DNA from: an uncultured Chloroflexia bacterium
GTDB lineage: Bacteria > Chloroflexota > Chloroflexia > Thermomicrobiales > UBA6265
Assembly: GCA_963724295.1 (NCBI GenBank)
Contig: CAVRUC010000002.1
Coordinates: forward strand, 320,001 to 384,000
Reading direction: 5' to 3'
DNA length: 64,000 nucleotides
Translations under genes and position numbers: made by a program
Notes under the pieces: model-generated
What the model was told of the DNA's origin: nothing
What the model saw: only the letters and a program-made list of their open reading frames with translations
Database searches by the model: none
Shown: positions 10,737-20,770 of the stretch, piece by piece
Layout of the letters: the number at the start of each line of letters is the position of its first letter
Numbering within the stretch: position 1 is the stretch's first letter

Positions 10737-11591
10737 TCAGCTCCGCAGCCTCTCGTAGCCGCGGGCGTCCTGCAGAAACGCGCCCTGGGCCAGGACGAAG
10801 ACGAGGAGCACGGGCGCCAGCACGACGATGGCGCCGGTCATGATCAGCGGCCAGTTCGTGCGGTCGAGGGAGTAGAGCACTCGCAGGCCCAACGCGGCAG
10901 TGTTATTCGCGTCGGTGCGTATCAGCAGTAGCGGCTCGATGACGCTGTTCCAATAGTGAACGGCGGAGAGGACACTGACCGCCACAATTGCCGGCCGCGC
11001 CAGCGGGAGCGCGATCTCCTTCCAGATGCGCCACGGCGTGGCTCCGTCGAGGCGTGCCGCCTCGTAGATCTCCCGCGGCACGCGCAAGAACGTCCAGGCG
11101 AAGAGCAGGACATAGAACGGGGAGGTTCCCATCAGTGCTGGGACGACGAGCGCGATGCGGCGATCGATCAGCCCTGCCTCCTTGAAGAGGATGAAACGGG
11201 GCAGCCAGATCGCGGTTAGCGGCACCATCAGGCAGAGGATCGACAGGGCGAGCAACCGCCAGCGCCACGGCCGGGAGAGTTGCGAGATCGCGAACCCCGC
11301 CCATGAGGCCACGACGATCGTGATCGGCACGGCGAGGGCGATGACGAACAAGGAGTTGGCCGCGTAGCGGAGCATGTCGACCACGCGGAAGACCTCGCGG
11401 TAGTTACCCCAGGCGACCGGCGACGGAATCCAGCCAAACGCTCGCCGCATTCCGGCACCCGGATCGTGCAGCGAGCCGGACAGCGCCCAGAGCAGCGGCA
11501 GGAGAAAAAGGAGCGCGACAAACGTCGCGAGCCCATCGCGCGCAAGCCCCGCCATCCGGCGTTGGCAGTGTCCGGGACGGTTACGCACCAT
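10737..11591 (-). CDS. Carbohydrate ABC transporter permease
   Basis: EAA motif EIYEAARLDGA. Confidence 0.92.
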   Translation of the reverse strand: MVRNRPGHCQRRMAGLARDGLATFVALLFLLPLLWALSGSLHDPGAGMRRAFGWIPSPVAWGNYREVFRVVDMLRYAANSLFVIALAVPITIVVASWAGFAISQLSRPWRWRLLALSILCLMVPLTAIWLPRFILFKEAGLIDRRIALVVPALMGTSPFYVLLFAWTFLRVPREIYEAARLDGATPWRIWKEIALPLARPAIVAVSVLSAVHYWNSVIEPLLLIRTDANNTAALGLRVLYSLDRTNWPLIMTGAIVVLAPVLLVFVLAQGAFLQDARGYERLRS

Positions 11592-12459
11592 CGTCCAGTC
11601 CGAGGCGCCAGCGGAGCGCGGTCCGATATTGCAACCAGAGGACGACCCCCGTGATGAGGTACATGGCGCAGGTCATGGCCGCGGCGTAGCCGAACCGAAG
11701 GTATCCGAAGGCCGTGGTGTAGATGTACATCGGGAGAAAGGTCGTCGCGTAGTCCGGTCCCCCTCCGCGTCCGACGATGAGGGCCGGGACGAAATTCGCC
11801 TGGAAGCTGAGGATGGTGTCGCGAAAGAAGAGCAGCAACAGCGCCGGCGCGATGAGCGGCAAGGAGATACCCCAAAACGCGCGCCAGGGGCCACTTCCGT
11901 CGACGGCGGCCTGATCGAGCAAGTCGCGCGGCACACCTTGCAGGCTGGCCAGACAGATGACGAATCCCTCACCGATCTGCCAGATCATCATCAGCACGAT
12001 GCCGAGGCGCGTCCACGTGGGATCAACGAGCCAGGCCGGACCGTCGACGCCGATCAGCGCGAGGGTCTGGTTGAGCGGTCCATAGATCGGGTTGAGAATC
12101 CACAACCAGATCAGTGCCCAGGCCAAGTCGGGAATGACAGTCGGTAGGTAGACAACGGCGCGATAGAGGCGGTTGCTTGGTGCCGGTCGCAGCAAGAGCC
12201 GCGCCGTGAGGAGCGCGCCGAGGAGACGCAGTGGAACTGCCAACGCGATGTAAAAGAGTGAATTGGCGACGGCAATGCGAAAAACTCCATCGCCGAGCAG
12301 GGTCTGAAAGTTTGCCAGGCCCGCAAACTGAGGCGGCTCGAGGGCATTGTAATCGGCAAAGGCGAGACCGAACCCGGCAATGGCGGGGATGATAATAAGC
12401 GCGGCGAGCCCGGTGAGATAGGGCGCCAACATCAGTCCAACCTGGACTCGGTCCCGCAT
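11581..12459 (-). CDS. Carbohydrate ABC transporter permease
   Basis: GLANF, YLPTVIP and QAAVDG motifs. Confidence 0.9.
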   Translation of the reverse strand: MRDRVQVGLMLAPYLTGLAALIIIPAIAGFGLAFADYNALEPPQFAGLANFQTLLGDGVFRIAVANSLFYIALAVPLRLLGALLTARLLLRPAPSNRLYRAVVYLPTVIPDLAWALIWLWILNPIYGPLNQTLALIGVDGPAWLVDPTWTRLGIVLMMIWQIGEGFVICLASLQGVPRDLLDQAAVDGSGPWRAFWGISLPLIAPALLLLFFRDTILSFQANFVPALIVGRGGGPDYATTFLPMYIYTTAFGYLRFGYAAAMTCAMYLITGVVLWLQYRTALRWRLGLDDGA

Positions 12460-12757
12460 GCACTTCCCTACCAAACCCGATACCGCGGTCCTCGAGCACT
12501 CGCATCGTGACCGTACTACACACTGCCAAGTGGTTGATTCCCACAAGTGGAGTCCCCAGGCCGGCTCGGGTCCTGATGGACCGCGACGCGCGGACAACGC
12601 GCCTGCCGGTTCTCACGGCTCGGGGCCCACGTCACCCGTACAATGCAGACTTGTCGACCCGGGAATGAAAGAGCGCAAGGAGACCAGGGTGGAAATCCGA
12701 AGGCGTCACACCGTGCCCACGACTAGAGCCCCCGATCAACGCGGGTGCGGCATGAGC

Positions 12758-13007
12758 CGCCGCGGCCGAGGAGATGACCATGTGGGGGATCTTCGGTCGC
12801 GCCCACGGCGCCCCATTCGATGCCGGGGAGTTTCTGCGACTGCATCCGCAGTGGAACTGGCAGGAAGGTTTTCTGTACAGCCGCCTATCGCAGCCCTGGA
12901 CGAAATTCCGGGGGAATTGCCGGCGCGTACGTCAACCTATCCAGCGCTCAGGCTAGGTGGCTGTTTTCCAGCAGATTCTCGCTCGATGGCGCACGCCTGG
13001 TCGTGAC
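12758..13007 (+). pseudogene. Relic of the 3' end and downstream flank of a C45/phospholipase-B-like gene
   Basis: MTMWGIFGRAHGAPFDAGEFLRLHPQWNW aligns with 58940-59182. Confidence 0.85.
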
Positions 13008-13082
13008 GACTGCTGACGTCGCTGGGGTATGCGCAGGCGGTCCAGTAAGCAGAAGTGAGATCGATTGGCGAGGGGAGAGACG

Positions 13083-14033
13083 GTGTTAAATTCGGGTATT
13101 GGCGGGGCGCGTTCCTCGACACTCGAGGCGATAGGCGAAACGCCGCTCATTCGCCTGGGCCGGTTGGCGCCACCGGGCGGAGCTGAGGTGCTTGTCAAGC
13201 TGGAGTACTTCAGCCCGACCGGATCCTACAAGGACCGGATGGCCCTGGCGATGATCGAAGGCGCCGAGCGGCGCAGGGAGCTGCGTCCCGGGATGAGCGT
13301 CGTGGAGTTCACCGGCGGCAGCACAGGTTCCTCGCTCGCCTTCGTCTGCGCCGTCAAGGGCTATCCACTCAAATTGGTCTCCTCGGATGCCTTCTCGCCT
13401 GAGAAGCTGCGGACAATGCGCGCTTTCGGGGCTGACCTCACGATCGTGCCCAGTCGGGGTGGCGCGATCACGCCGGACCTATTCGATCGGATGCGAGAGG
13501 TCGTCGAGGAGATCGTGGCTCGAGACGGCGCCTACTGGACTGATCAATTTCACAACACTGACTCACTTGAGGGCTACGCCGGCATCGGCCGTGAGCTGCT
13601 TGCCCAGGCCGGCCCTACGATCAGCACCTTCTGTGGTGGGGTTGGAGTAGCGGGCATGCTGGTCGGCGTCTCGGGGGCACTCAAGGCCGCGGGGAGCGCG
13701 ACACGGATCGTCGCCCTGGAACCAGCCAGCTCGCCCTTCATCTCAACCGGCGTGGGCGGTCCCCATCGCGTCGAGGGGATCGGGACAGGAATGGTGCCGC
13801 CGCTCCTGACCCCAGGCACTTACGACGAGGTCCGAACGATCGAGGAGAGCGAGGCGCGAGTAATGGCCCGCCGGCTGGCTCGCGAGGAAGGCATCTTCGC
13901 CGGTGTCTCGACCGGCCTGAACGTGGTCGCGGCTTTGCGTCTGGCCGAGGAACTTGGGTCAGGGCGGACGGTTGCGACGGTGGCCGTCGACACCGGATTG
14001 AAGTACCTGGCTGGCGACCTGTACGAGGGTTAG
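13083..14033 (+). CDS. Cysteine synthase family PLP-dependent enzyme
   Basis: IGETPLIRL, KLEYFSPTGSYKDRMA and DTGLKYL motifs. Confidence 0.92.
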   Translation: MLNSGIGGARSSTLEAIGETPLIRLGRLAPPGGAEVLVKLEYFSPTGSYKDRMALAMIEGAERRRELRPGMSVVEFTGGSTGSSLAFVCAVKGYPLKLVSSDAFSPEKLRTMRAFGADLTIVPSRGGAITPDLFDRMREVVEEIVARDGAYWTDQFHNTDSLEGYAGIGRELLAQAGPTISTFCGGVGVAGMLVGVSGALKAAGSATRIVALEPASSPFISTGVGGPHRVEGIGTGMVPPLLTPGTYDEVRTIEESEARVMARRLAREEGIFAGVSTGLNVVAALRLAEELGSGRTVATVAVDTGLKYLAGDLYEG

Positions 14034-14405
14034 CGTGCTCCACGCCGCGCGCTCTTTCACGTTCAGTCAACCGTCCAGTCCTCGACCTGAAGCTGGGCAA
14101 TCTAACCGTCGTGAAGAGGCCCACTCAAGCGCCGGCGATCGGGTTCGAGGGGCTTTGGGCGCACATCTTTAGGTGTTTGGGCACAGGTTGACGAGAGTCT
14201 GGTAGGGCTTTATGCACAGAGCGATTGTATACAGTTTGCGAGTCTCACCCGTTGACGCCCTTTGCACTCGTTGTTAGGATGCGCCGGCCAACACCAGAAC
14301 CGCGCAGTCCGCCAGGGAGTGCCTTGCCCTGGTCTGTTGGCTCGTGTCGCGCTGCCCGGCGTCGGGAAGCGCTTGCCGTCGACGTCGAGACGGAGGAACG
14401 CACAG

Positions 14406-15596
14406 ATGGACCAGTGCAAGTTCATAGACCGCCGGTTGGGTCGCCGTTCCGTCATCCGCGGCGCGGCCGTGGGCGCGGGCGCAGTCGGACTCGGGCTCAG
14501 TGGGGCCGGCCGCTTCAGCTCGATGGCCTGGGCACAGGAGGCCAGTCCTGCCGCCAGCAGCTTCGATCCGGAAGCCTGCTACCAGCCGTTCCCCGGTGCA
14601 ACCACGGTACAGTACGAAAAGCTGGCCGACCCGCCCTACAACATCGCGCTCTCCAACTCCTACATCGGCAATGTCTGGCGCACTCAGATGATCAAGATGG
14701 CCAAGGCCTACGCCGAGTCGCCAGACGTCGCGGACCTCATCGGCGAGTTCCAGGTCAATACCGCCGATCGCGATGACGCCGCCCAGATCGCCGCCATCGA
14801 GAATCAGATCTCCAACGGTGCCCAGGCGCTGGTGATCCTCGCCCATACGCCGACCGCGCTGGTGCAGACGGTGCAGCAGGCCCGCGCCGACGGCATCGTG
14901 GTCGTCTCCTTCGACACCACGGTTCAGGCTGATCCGCCCGATCCCTCGCTCGATCTGGGCATCACCGTCAACGAGGACCAGGTCGAGATGGGCCGCCGCT
15001 GGGCGCAATGGCTGGTCGAGCAGACTGGCGGCGAAGGCAAGATCCTGATGGTCAACGGTGTCCAGGGCACCGGCGTCGATCAGGAGCGCCGAGAGGGCGC
15101 CCAGGAAGTCTGGGACGCCAATCCTGGAATCTCGATCGTCGAGGTCGTCGGCGACTGGGATCCGGGCAAGGCGCAGTCCGTGACCGCCACCGCGCTGGCT
15201 GCTAATCCGGACTTTGCCGGCGTCTGGTGCCAGGGCGGGACTGACGGCGTCGTACGAGCCTTCCTCGACGCCGGCGTGCCGCTGGTGCCGGTGGCGGGTG
15301 AGGCCGAGAACGGCTTCCGCAAGCAGATGCTGGAGTACAAGGACCAGTTCGAGGGCTACTCCATCGGGCAGACACCAGGTCTGGTTTGCGTTTCAATGCG
15401 CGCGGCACTCAGCCTGCTCATGGGCGAGCCGGTAACGAGTGCGGTCTCGGTGCCGCTGCCAGAGGCCAAGACCGATGAGCTGGTGCCGGGGGTCAACGTC
15501 TTCCCGGACGCCCCGGACAACTTCTTTACGGCGACGTCGATCCCCGCATGCGGGGTGAATCTCACCTTTGAGGAGGTCGACGCACAGCAGGTCTAA
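14406..15596 (+). CDS. Sugar ABC transporter substrate-binding protein (Tat, periplasmic binding protein type 1)
   Basis: GGAGG RBS; RRSVI signal; GNVWRTQM and VVSFD motifs. Confidence 0.9.
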   Translation: MDQCKFIDRRLGRRSVIRGAAVGAGAVGLGLSGAGRFSSMAWAQEASPAASSFDPEACYQPFPGATTVQYEKLADPPYNIALSNSYIGNVWRTQMIKMAKAYAESPDVADLIGEFQVNTADRDDAAQIAAIENQISNGAQALVILAHTPTALVQTVQQARADGIVVVSFDTTVQADPPDPSLDLGITVNEDQVEMGRRWAQWLVEQTGGEGKILMVNGVQGTGVDQERREGAQEVWDANPGISIVEVVGDWDPGKAQSVTATALAANPDFAGVWCQGGTDGVVRAFLDAGVPLVPVAGEAENGFRKQMLEYKDQFEGYSIGQTPGLVCVSMRAALSLLMGEPVTSAVSVPLPEAKTDELVPGVNVFPDAPDNFFTATSIPACGVNLTFEEVDAQQV

Positions 15597-15645
15597 TTCG
15601 ACCGCGGGTCGTTCTCGCAATTGAGCGGCTCGATCTGAACCCGAG

Positions 15646-15685
15646 GTAGGGGCAACGCCTGCATCGTGCAGCGCGTTGCCCCTAC
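15646..15685. repeat. GTAG-type REP palindrome
   Basis: GTAGGGGCAACGC...GCGTTGCCCCTAC; relative at 22095-22118. Confidence 0.75.
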
Positions 15686-15767
15686 AGGGTTACTTTCCGT
15701 TACGGGCTTCACCAGTAAACTCAGGTGGGTGACCTGTTCATCTCGCCCAGGGGATTTCAGTACAAGA

Positions 15768-17276
15768 ATGCCCCTCCTTAGCGCGACTGGGATCGACAAG
15801 CGGTTCGGCGGCGTCGTGGCGCTCGACGGCGCGGAGTTCTCGTGCGAGGCGGGCGAGATCCACGCCCTTCTGGGTGAGAACGGCGCCGGCAAGAGCACAA
15901 TGGTGAAGGTGCTCTGCGGCGTCCATCCGCCCGATGCGGGCGCCATCACCTACGGTGGTGAGCCAATCACCTTCCGCGGTCCCTCCGACGCGGTCGCCGT
16001 CGGCATTGTCCCGGTCTTCCAGGAGCTCTCGCTCGTCCCGGATCTGACCGTTGCCGAGAATCTCTTCATGGGAGAAGAGCCGCGCACTCGACTGGGGCTG
16101 GTCGACGCCAAGCGAATGAGACGTGAAGCCGGCGCGTTGCTGGTCGGGCTGGGCTTCGTCGGGATCCATCCCGGAGCCGTGGTGCGCGATCTCTCCCTCG
16201 CCGACCGTCAGTTGATCGAGATCGCCAAGGCCATGCGCCGGCAGCCGAAGGTGCTGATCCTCGACGAGGCAACGTCGGCGCTCAATCGCCGCCAGGTGCA
16301 GCAGGTCTTCGCCGTCGTGCGTCGCCTGTGCGCCGAGGGTGTGGCGGTCGTCTTCATATCGCACCGTATGGACGAGGTGCGCGATCTCTGCCACAGGGCC
16401 ACCATCTTCCGCGACGGGGTTAGCGTTGGCACGGTCGACGTGGCAAAGGCCCGTGACGACGAGATCGTGCGCATGATGATCGGGCGTACGCTGCGCGAGA
16501 CCTTCCCACCGCGAACGCAGCGACCGGACGTCGAAGAACCCCTGCTGGAAGTACGCGGACTCAATTGGGGCGATCGCCTGCGCGACATCTCCCTGGTCGT
16601 CCACAAGGGGGAGATCCTGGGTCTCTCCGGGCTCGAAGGTCAGGGACAGGGCGATCTCCTTTTCGCCCTCTTTGGTGTCTACACCGGTGTCCACGGCGAC
16701 GTCAGCGTCGGCGGCAAGCCGATCCGCTTGGGCGGACCGCGCGACGCCATGACCGCGGGGCTGGCCCTCGTCCCGGAGGACCGCAAGACGCAGGGGCTGA
16801 TTCTGCCCCTCCCGGTCGATGAGAACATCACCTTGCCGACGCTGCCGGCTGTCTCGCACAGCGGCGTCATCTCGCCGTCGGCGGTCCGCGACGCCACCCT
16901 GGCGATGCGCGACCGCCTGGCGATCCGCATGGCGAGTCCCGCGGTCCCCGTCCGCTTCCTCAGCGGCGGTAATCAGCAGAAGGTCTCCATCGCCAAGTGG
17001 CTCCTCACCAACGCTGCCGTCTATCTCCTGTACGACCCCACGCGCGGCATCGACGTCGGTGCGAAACAGGAGATCTACGAGCTGATGCGCCGTCTGGCGA
17101 GCGAAGGACACGGTATTCTCTTCTTCTCGACCGATCTTGCCGAGATCGTTGGTCTCTGCGACCGGGCACTGGTCATGTACGAGGGTGCGATCGCCCGCGA
17201 GCTGCGGGGAGCGGCGTTGACCGAGGCGAATCTGGTCAGCGCCGCGGTCGGTCTGGCAGAGGCGGTGCCGGCGTGA
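15768..17276 (+). CDS. Sugar ABC transporter ATP-binding protein
   Basis: GENGAGKST, LSGGNQQKV and PTRGIDVGAK motifs. Confidence 0.95.
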   Translation: MPLLSATGIDKRFGGVVALDGAEFSCEAGEIHALLGENGAGKSTMVKVLCGVHPPDAGAITYGGEPITFRGPSDAVAVGIVPVFQELSLVPDLTVAENLFMGEEPRTRLGLVDAKRMRREAGALLVGLGFVGIHPGAVVRDLSLADRQLIEIAKAMRRQPKVLILDEATSALNRRQVQQVFAVVRRLCAEGVAVVFISHRMDEVRDLCHRATIFRDGVSVGTVDVAKARDDEIVRMMIGRTLRETFPPRTQRPDVEEPLLEVRGLNWGDRLRDISLVVHKGEILGLSGLEGQGQGDLLFALFGVYTGVHGDVSVGGKPIRLGGPRDAMTAGLALVPEDRKTQGLILPLPVDENITLPTLPAVSHSGVISPSAVRDATLAMRDRLAIRMASPAVPVRFLSGGNQQKVSIAKWLLTNAAVYLLYDPTRGIDVGAKQEIYELMRRLASEGHGILFFSTDLAEIVGLCDRALVMYEGAIARELRGAALTEANLVSAAVGLAEAVPA

Positions 17277-17285
17277 GTTCGATGC

Positions 17286-17368
17286 GGGTGGCAGGGTGTC
17301 GAGGTCGCGGGGTGGCAGGGGGATTGTTCATCCTGCCACCCTGCCACCCTGCTACCCTGCCACCCTGC
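17286..17368. repeat. Octamer-periodic inverted repeat (GGGTGGCA)n...(CCACCCTG)n
   Basis: Same family at 25907-26004 and 33208-33294. Confidence 0.75.
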
Positions 17369-17379
17369 GACCGACGCTG

Positions 17380-18444
17380 ATGGCGACGCTGAGGGCCGGC
17401 GGCGCCATGCCGCCCGGCGCGCATCAGGGACGCACCGTACGCCCGCGCCCGTTCGTGATGCGCAATGGGCGGCTGCTCTTCGTCTGGGCGGTCCTGATCG
17501 CCGTCGTCACCGCCTATGTGCTGGTGGTGCCGCAATTCCGTCCGCGGGAGCAGCGCACCCTGCTCAATTCTGGATTGACGCTGGCCACGGCGAGCATGGG
17601 TCAGACACTCGTCGTTCTCACCGGCGGTATCGACCTGTCGATCGGTCCGATGGTCAGCCTCACCAACAGCATCGCCTCCGAGGTGACTGACAAGGAATCA
17701 CCAACCTCGAGCATGGTCGTGGCCGCCGTGGCTGCCCTCGGGGTCGGCGCCCTCGGCGGGTTGATCAACGGCGTGCTGGTCGCCTATGGGCGATTGCAGC
17801 CGATCATCGTCACTCTGGCTACCGGATCGATCTGGACCGGCATCGCACTCTATATCCGGCCTTCGCCCGGGGGCTTCATCCCGCTGGAGTTCAGCAACCT
17901 CCTCGCCGGTACCGCCTTCGCGGAGCCGGTCTCGCTCCCGCTGGGGCTGACCTGGAGCACGCCGATCCCCAAAGCGGCATTTGTCGTCGCCGGGCTGATC
18001 ATCTTCTGGGTCATCTTCCGCCGCAGCCGCCTGGCCACGCGCATCTATGCCGTGGGCAGCAGCGAAGGCGCCGCCTATCTCTCCGGGGTCAATGTCCAGC
18101 GCGCCAAGTTGGCCGCGTACACGCTGGCCGGACTTGCCGCGGGGTGCGCTGGCCTGATCAACAGCGCCCAGACGGCCACGGGAAATGCATTGGGCGGGAC
18201 CATCTTCACGCTCAACTCGATCGCGGCGGTCGTCCTCGGGGGAGCGGCACTCGCCGGTGGCGCCGGGTCGTATCTCGGCACGCTCGCCGGCGCCTACGTG
18301 ATCGCCATTATCCCCAGCGTGCTGCAGTTCTACGGCGTGAGCAGCTTCTACAAGGACCTGGTGCAGGGCTCGGTCCTGCTCTTCGCCGTCGCGCTCGGCG
18401 CCTTCGGTCTGCTGCGCGTCCGCAACCGGATGGATCGGCTATGA
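17380..18444 (+). CDS. Sugar ABC transporter permease
   Basis: LTGGIDLSIG and SIAAVVLGG motifs. Confidence 0.92.
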   Translation: MATLRAGGAMPPGAHQGRTVRPRPFVMRNGRLLFVWAVLIAVVTAYVLVVPQFRPREQRTLLNSGLTLATASMGQTLVVLTGGIDLSIGPMVSLTNSIASEVTDKESPTSSMVVAAVAALGVGALGGLINGVLVAYGRLQPIIVTLATGSIWTGIALYIRPSPGGFIPLEFSNLLAGTAFAEPVSLPLGLTWSTPIPKAAFVVAGLIIFWVIFRRSRLATRIYAVGSSEGAAYLSGVNVQRAKLAAYTLAGLAAGCAGLINSAQTATGNALGGTIFTLNSIAAVVLGGAALAGGAGSYLGTLAGAYVIAIIPSVLQFYGVSSFYKDLVQGSVLLFAVALGAFGLLRVRNRMDRL

Positions 18445-19499
18445 GCAGGGTTCCGGAGTCCGGCCCGGCCATGCCGGCGGTCGAGCCGGACGTCCCGGTA
18501 GGCTCCCGGATCGCACTCGGCGGCCAACCGCGAGGAGGAGTGTCCGGTCTGACCGGTCATGACTCCTGGCTTTCGCAGAATCGCGCGCTGCTTATCCCCT
18601 ACGGGCTGATCCTGATCCTCCTGGCGGCGGCGGCGATCCGCGCGCCTGGATTCGTGACGGGCTCGAACCTATCGCAGCAGCTCGTCCTCGCCTCCTACCT
18701 GGGGGTCATCGCCGGCGGGCAGACGTTGGTGATCCTGACCGGCGGCATAGATCTCTCGATTGGCTGGAATCTCAATCTGGCGGCCATTCTGCTGACGCAG
18801 CTCAGCGAGCAGATGCCGGTATTCTGGGCGGCCGTCGCCGCGCTCGCCAGTGCGTCGCTCATTGGTCTCATCAACGGGCTGGGGATCGCGTATTTGCGCA
18901 TCCCATCGCTGGTGATGACGCTTGGCATGAACGCGGTGCTGGCCGGGGCGACCCTGGTCTACACAAACGGGTCACCACAGGGGGATGCGCCGCCGTTCTC
19001 CCGCGACCTCGCGGTCGGCAAGATCGGCGGGGTCATTCCCTGGGCGCTAGTCTTCTGGGCCCTCTTCAGCGCGGCGCTGATCTTCCTGCTGCGCCGCACC
19101 GTCTACGGCAAGCGGCTCTACGCTATCGGCAATAACCCGAAGGCGGGCTATCTCTCCGGTGTCCCGGTGCGGTGGGTGCTCGTATCGACCTACACCCTCT
19201 GCGGGCTCTGTGCTGGTCTGGGCGGGATCATGCTGACCGGGTATTCCCAGCAGAGCTACCTCGGGATGGGCGATCAACACGTGTTGCCGGCCATCGCCGC
19301 GGTCGTCATCGGTGGCACCTCGATCCTCGGCGGCTCCGGCGGCTACACCGGGACCATCGCCGGAGCGATCACCGTGATCCTGCTGCAGAACGTGCTGCAG
19401 ATCGTCGGCATCCAGTTCGCCGGGCAGCAGATCCTCTACGGTTTGATCATCCTCCTGATGCTCTTCGTCTACGGCCGCAACGTCCGCGTCCAGGAGTAG
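18441..19499 (+). CDS. Sugar ABC transporter permease
   Basis: ATGA overlap with the previous gene; LTGGIDLS and AIAAVVIGGTS motifs. Confidence 0.92.
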   Translation: MSRVPESGPAMPAVEPDVPVGSRIALGGQPRGGVSGLTGHDSWLSQNRALLIPYGLILILLAAAAIRAPGFVTGSNLSQQLVLASYLGVIAGGQTLVILTGGIDLSIGWNLNLAAILLTQLSEQMPVFWAAVAALASASLIGLINGLGIAYLRIPSLVMTLGMNAVLAGATLVYTNGSPQGDAPPFSRDLAVGKIGGVIPWALVFWALFSAALIFLLRRTVYGKRLYAIGNNPKAGYLSGVPVRWVLVSTYTLCGLCAGLGGIMLTGYSQQSYLGMGDQHVLPAIAAVVIGGTSILGGSGGYTGTIAGAITVILLQNVLQIVGIQFAGQQILYGLIILLMLFVYGRNVRVQE

Positions 19500-19582
19500 C
19501 GACACCCCGCGTTCTGCTCGAGCGAGACGTGGTGCTTACACGTCTGCCATCACGCCGTTCCTGGCTGCCGAACCACGCTGAT

Positions 19583-20161
19583 CTATTCACCGGCATTCCC
19601 GCTCGTGTTTCCGGAAGCTGGGGTGCTGCCGGCGTGGGAGAGCATCACCCAGGCGGCAACGGTGCCCATCACCAGGAGCCACCCCTCGACGACCGCCAGC
19701 CAGCCCAGCGCGGCGGGATGCGATCGCCACAGCAGCAGCACCACAGCGATCAGTCCCAGGTACGGTCCGCTCATGCCCACCAGGTACACCCAGCCCCGCC
19801 ATTCGGCGGGGGTGTAGCCCGGTCGTGGACCAGTCGCTGGGTCGTTCAAGCGAATCCAGAGGCGAGCGACCACCGCGATGGCGAAGAACGCCGCAATGCT
19901 GACCAGGAGCAACGACAACGCGAGGGTAGATCGGTGGGCGTGCGGAGCAATCGCGAGTCCGGCGACTGCGATGGCGACCAGGAACGTGCCAAACGTGAAC
20001 CCCGCGAAGTCACGGACATCAGCCACCTCGCGCTGGTAAAAGATATTGAGCCGCACTGAGACTGCTACGAACAGGAGGCCAAGGAGCGTCGCTGCCGCGC
20101 CCCCCATGAGGGCAAAGTAGGCGGTCCACTCCGTCAGGGCTTGTGAGAACGCGTCGTCCAT
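19583..20161 (-). CDS. Hypothetical membrane protein
   Basis: GGAAATLLGLLFVAVS N-terminal helix; about 5 TM segments. Confidence 0.75.
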   Translation of the reverse strand: MDDAFSQALTEWTAYFALMGGAAATLLGLLFVAVSVRLNIFYQREVADVRDFAGFTFGTFLVAIAVAGLAIAPHAHRSTLALSLLLVSIAAFFAIAVVARLWIRLNDPATGPRPGYTPAEWRGWVYLVGMSGPYLGLIAVVLLLWRSHPAALGWLAVVEGWLLVMGTVAAWVMLSHAGSTPASGNTSGNAGE

Positions 20162-20317
20162 CGGCGATCCCATTCTAGAGCAGTTGGTGCGAGCGACATT
20201 CTGCGACCCATGAGCGCGTCGAGGCAATCGAGCGCATCTCTCAGTTTGGCCGATAGCCTGCCGAGGCATTGGTAATCGTCCGGAACTGCCTTTATCTCGG
20301 CAACGCATAGACACTCC

Positions 20318-20343
20318 TGCTATACTATGAACAAATATGAGCA
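20318..20343 (+). promoter_or_regulatory. Extended -10 promoter (TGcTATACT) with TATGA(A/G)CA direct repeat
   Basis: Upstream of the HTH-VapC pair. Confidence 0.5.
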
Positions 20344-20380
20344 CTCTGACACCGCCTCAATCCAAGGAGGTAGCGAACTC

Positions 20381-20770
20381 ATGCGTGCTGTGGATGAGGA
20401 GTTCGTAACGGTGGCCGAGGCTGCGACGCTCTTGCGCGTTGCTCCCTCAACCGTCCGCCGCTGGATCCGGGAGGGCGAAGTTCCGGCTCACCGCATCGGG
20501 CGTCGCCGCGTCGCTCTGCGGCGCTCCGATTTGGCAAGTCTGATCACGCCCGCTCGTCCTGGCATGGAGACGAGCGGCAAGCTGGCGGGTGATCAAAAGT
20601 GGGAGCCTCGCCGGTTGACGCCCGAGGAGAAGCAGCAGGCCCTGGAAGCGATGGACCGAGCTCGGCGGCATGCTGCGGAGATTCAAGCTCGGCGTGGCGG
20701 GAAACTCTTTCCCCCTTCGTGGATAACTATCAATGAACAGCGAGATGAGCGAACCCGCCAGTTGTCGTGA
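20381..20770 (+). CDS. Excisionase-like HTH DNA-binding protein, putative antitoxin
   Basis: AAGGAGG RBS; TVAEAATLLRVAPSTVRRWIREGEVPA; GTGA overlap with the PIN gene. Confidence 0.8.
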   Translation: MRAVDEEFVTVAEAATLLRVAPSTVRRWIREGEVPAHRIGRRRVALRRSDLASLITPARPGMETSGKLAGDQKWEPRRLTPEEKQQALEAMDRARRHAAEIQARRGGKLFPPSWITINEQRDERTRQLS

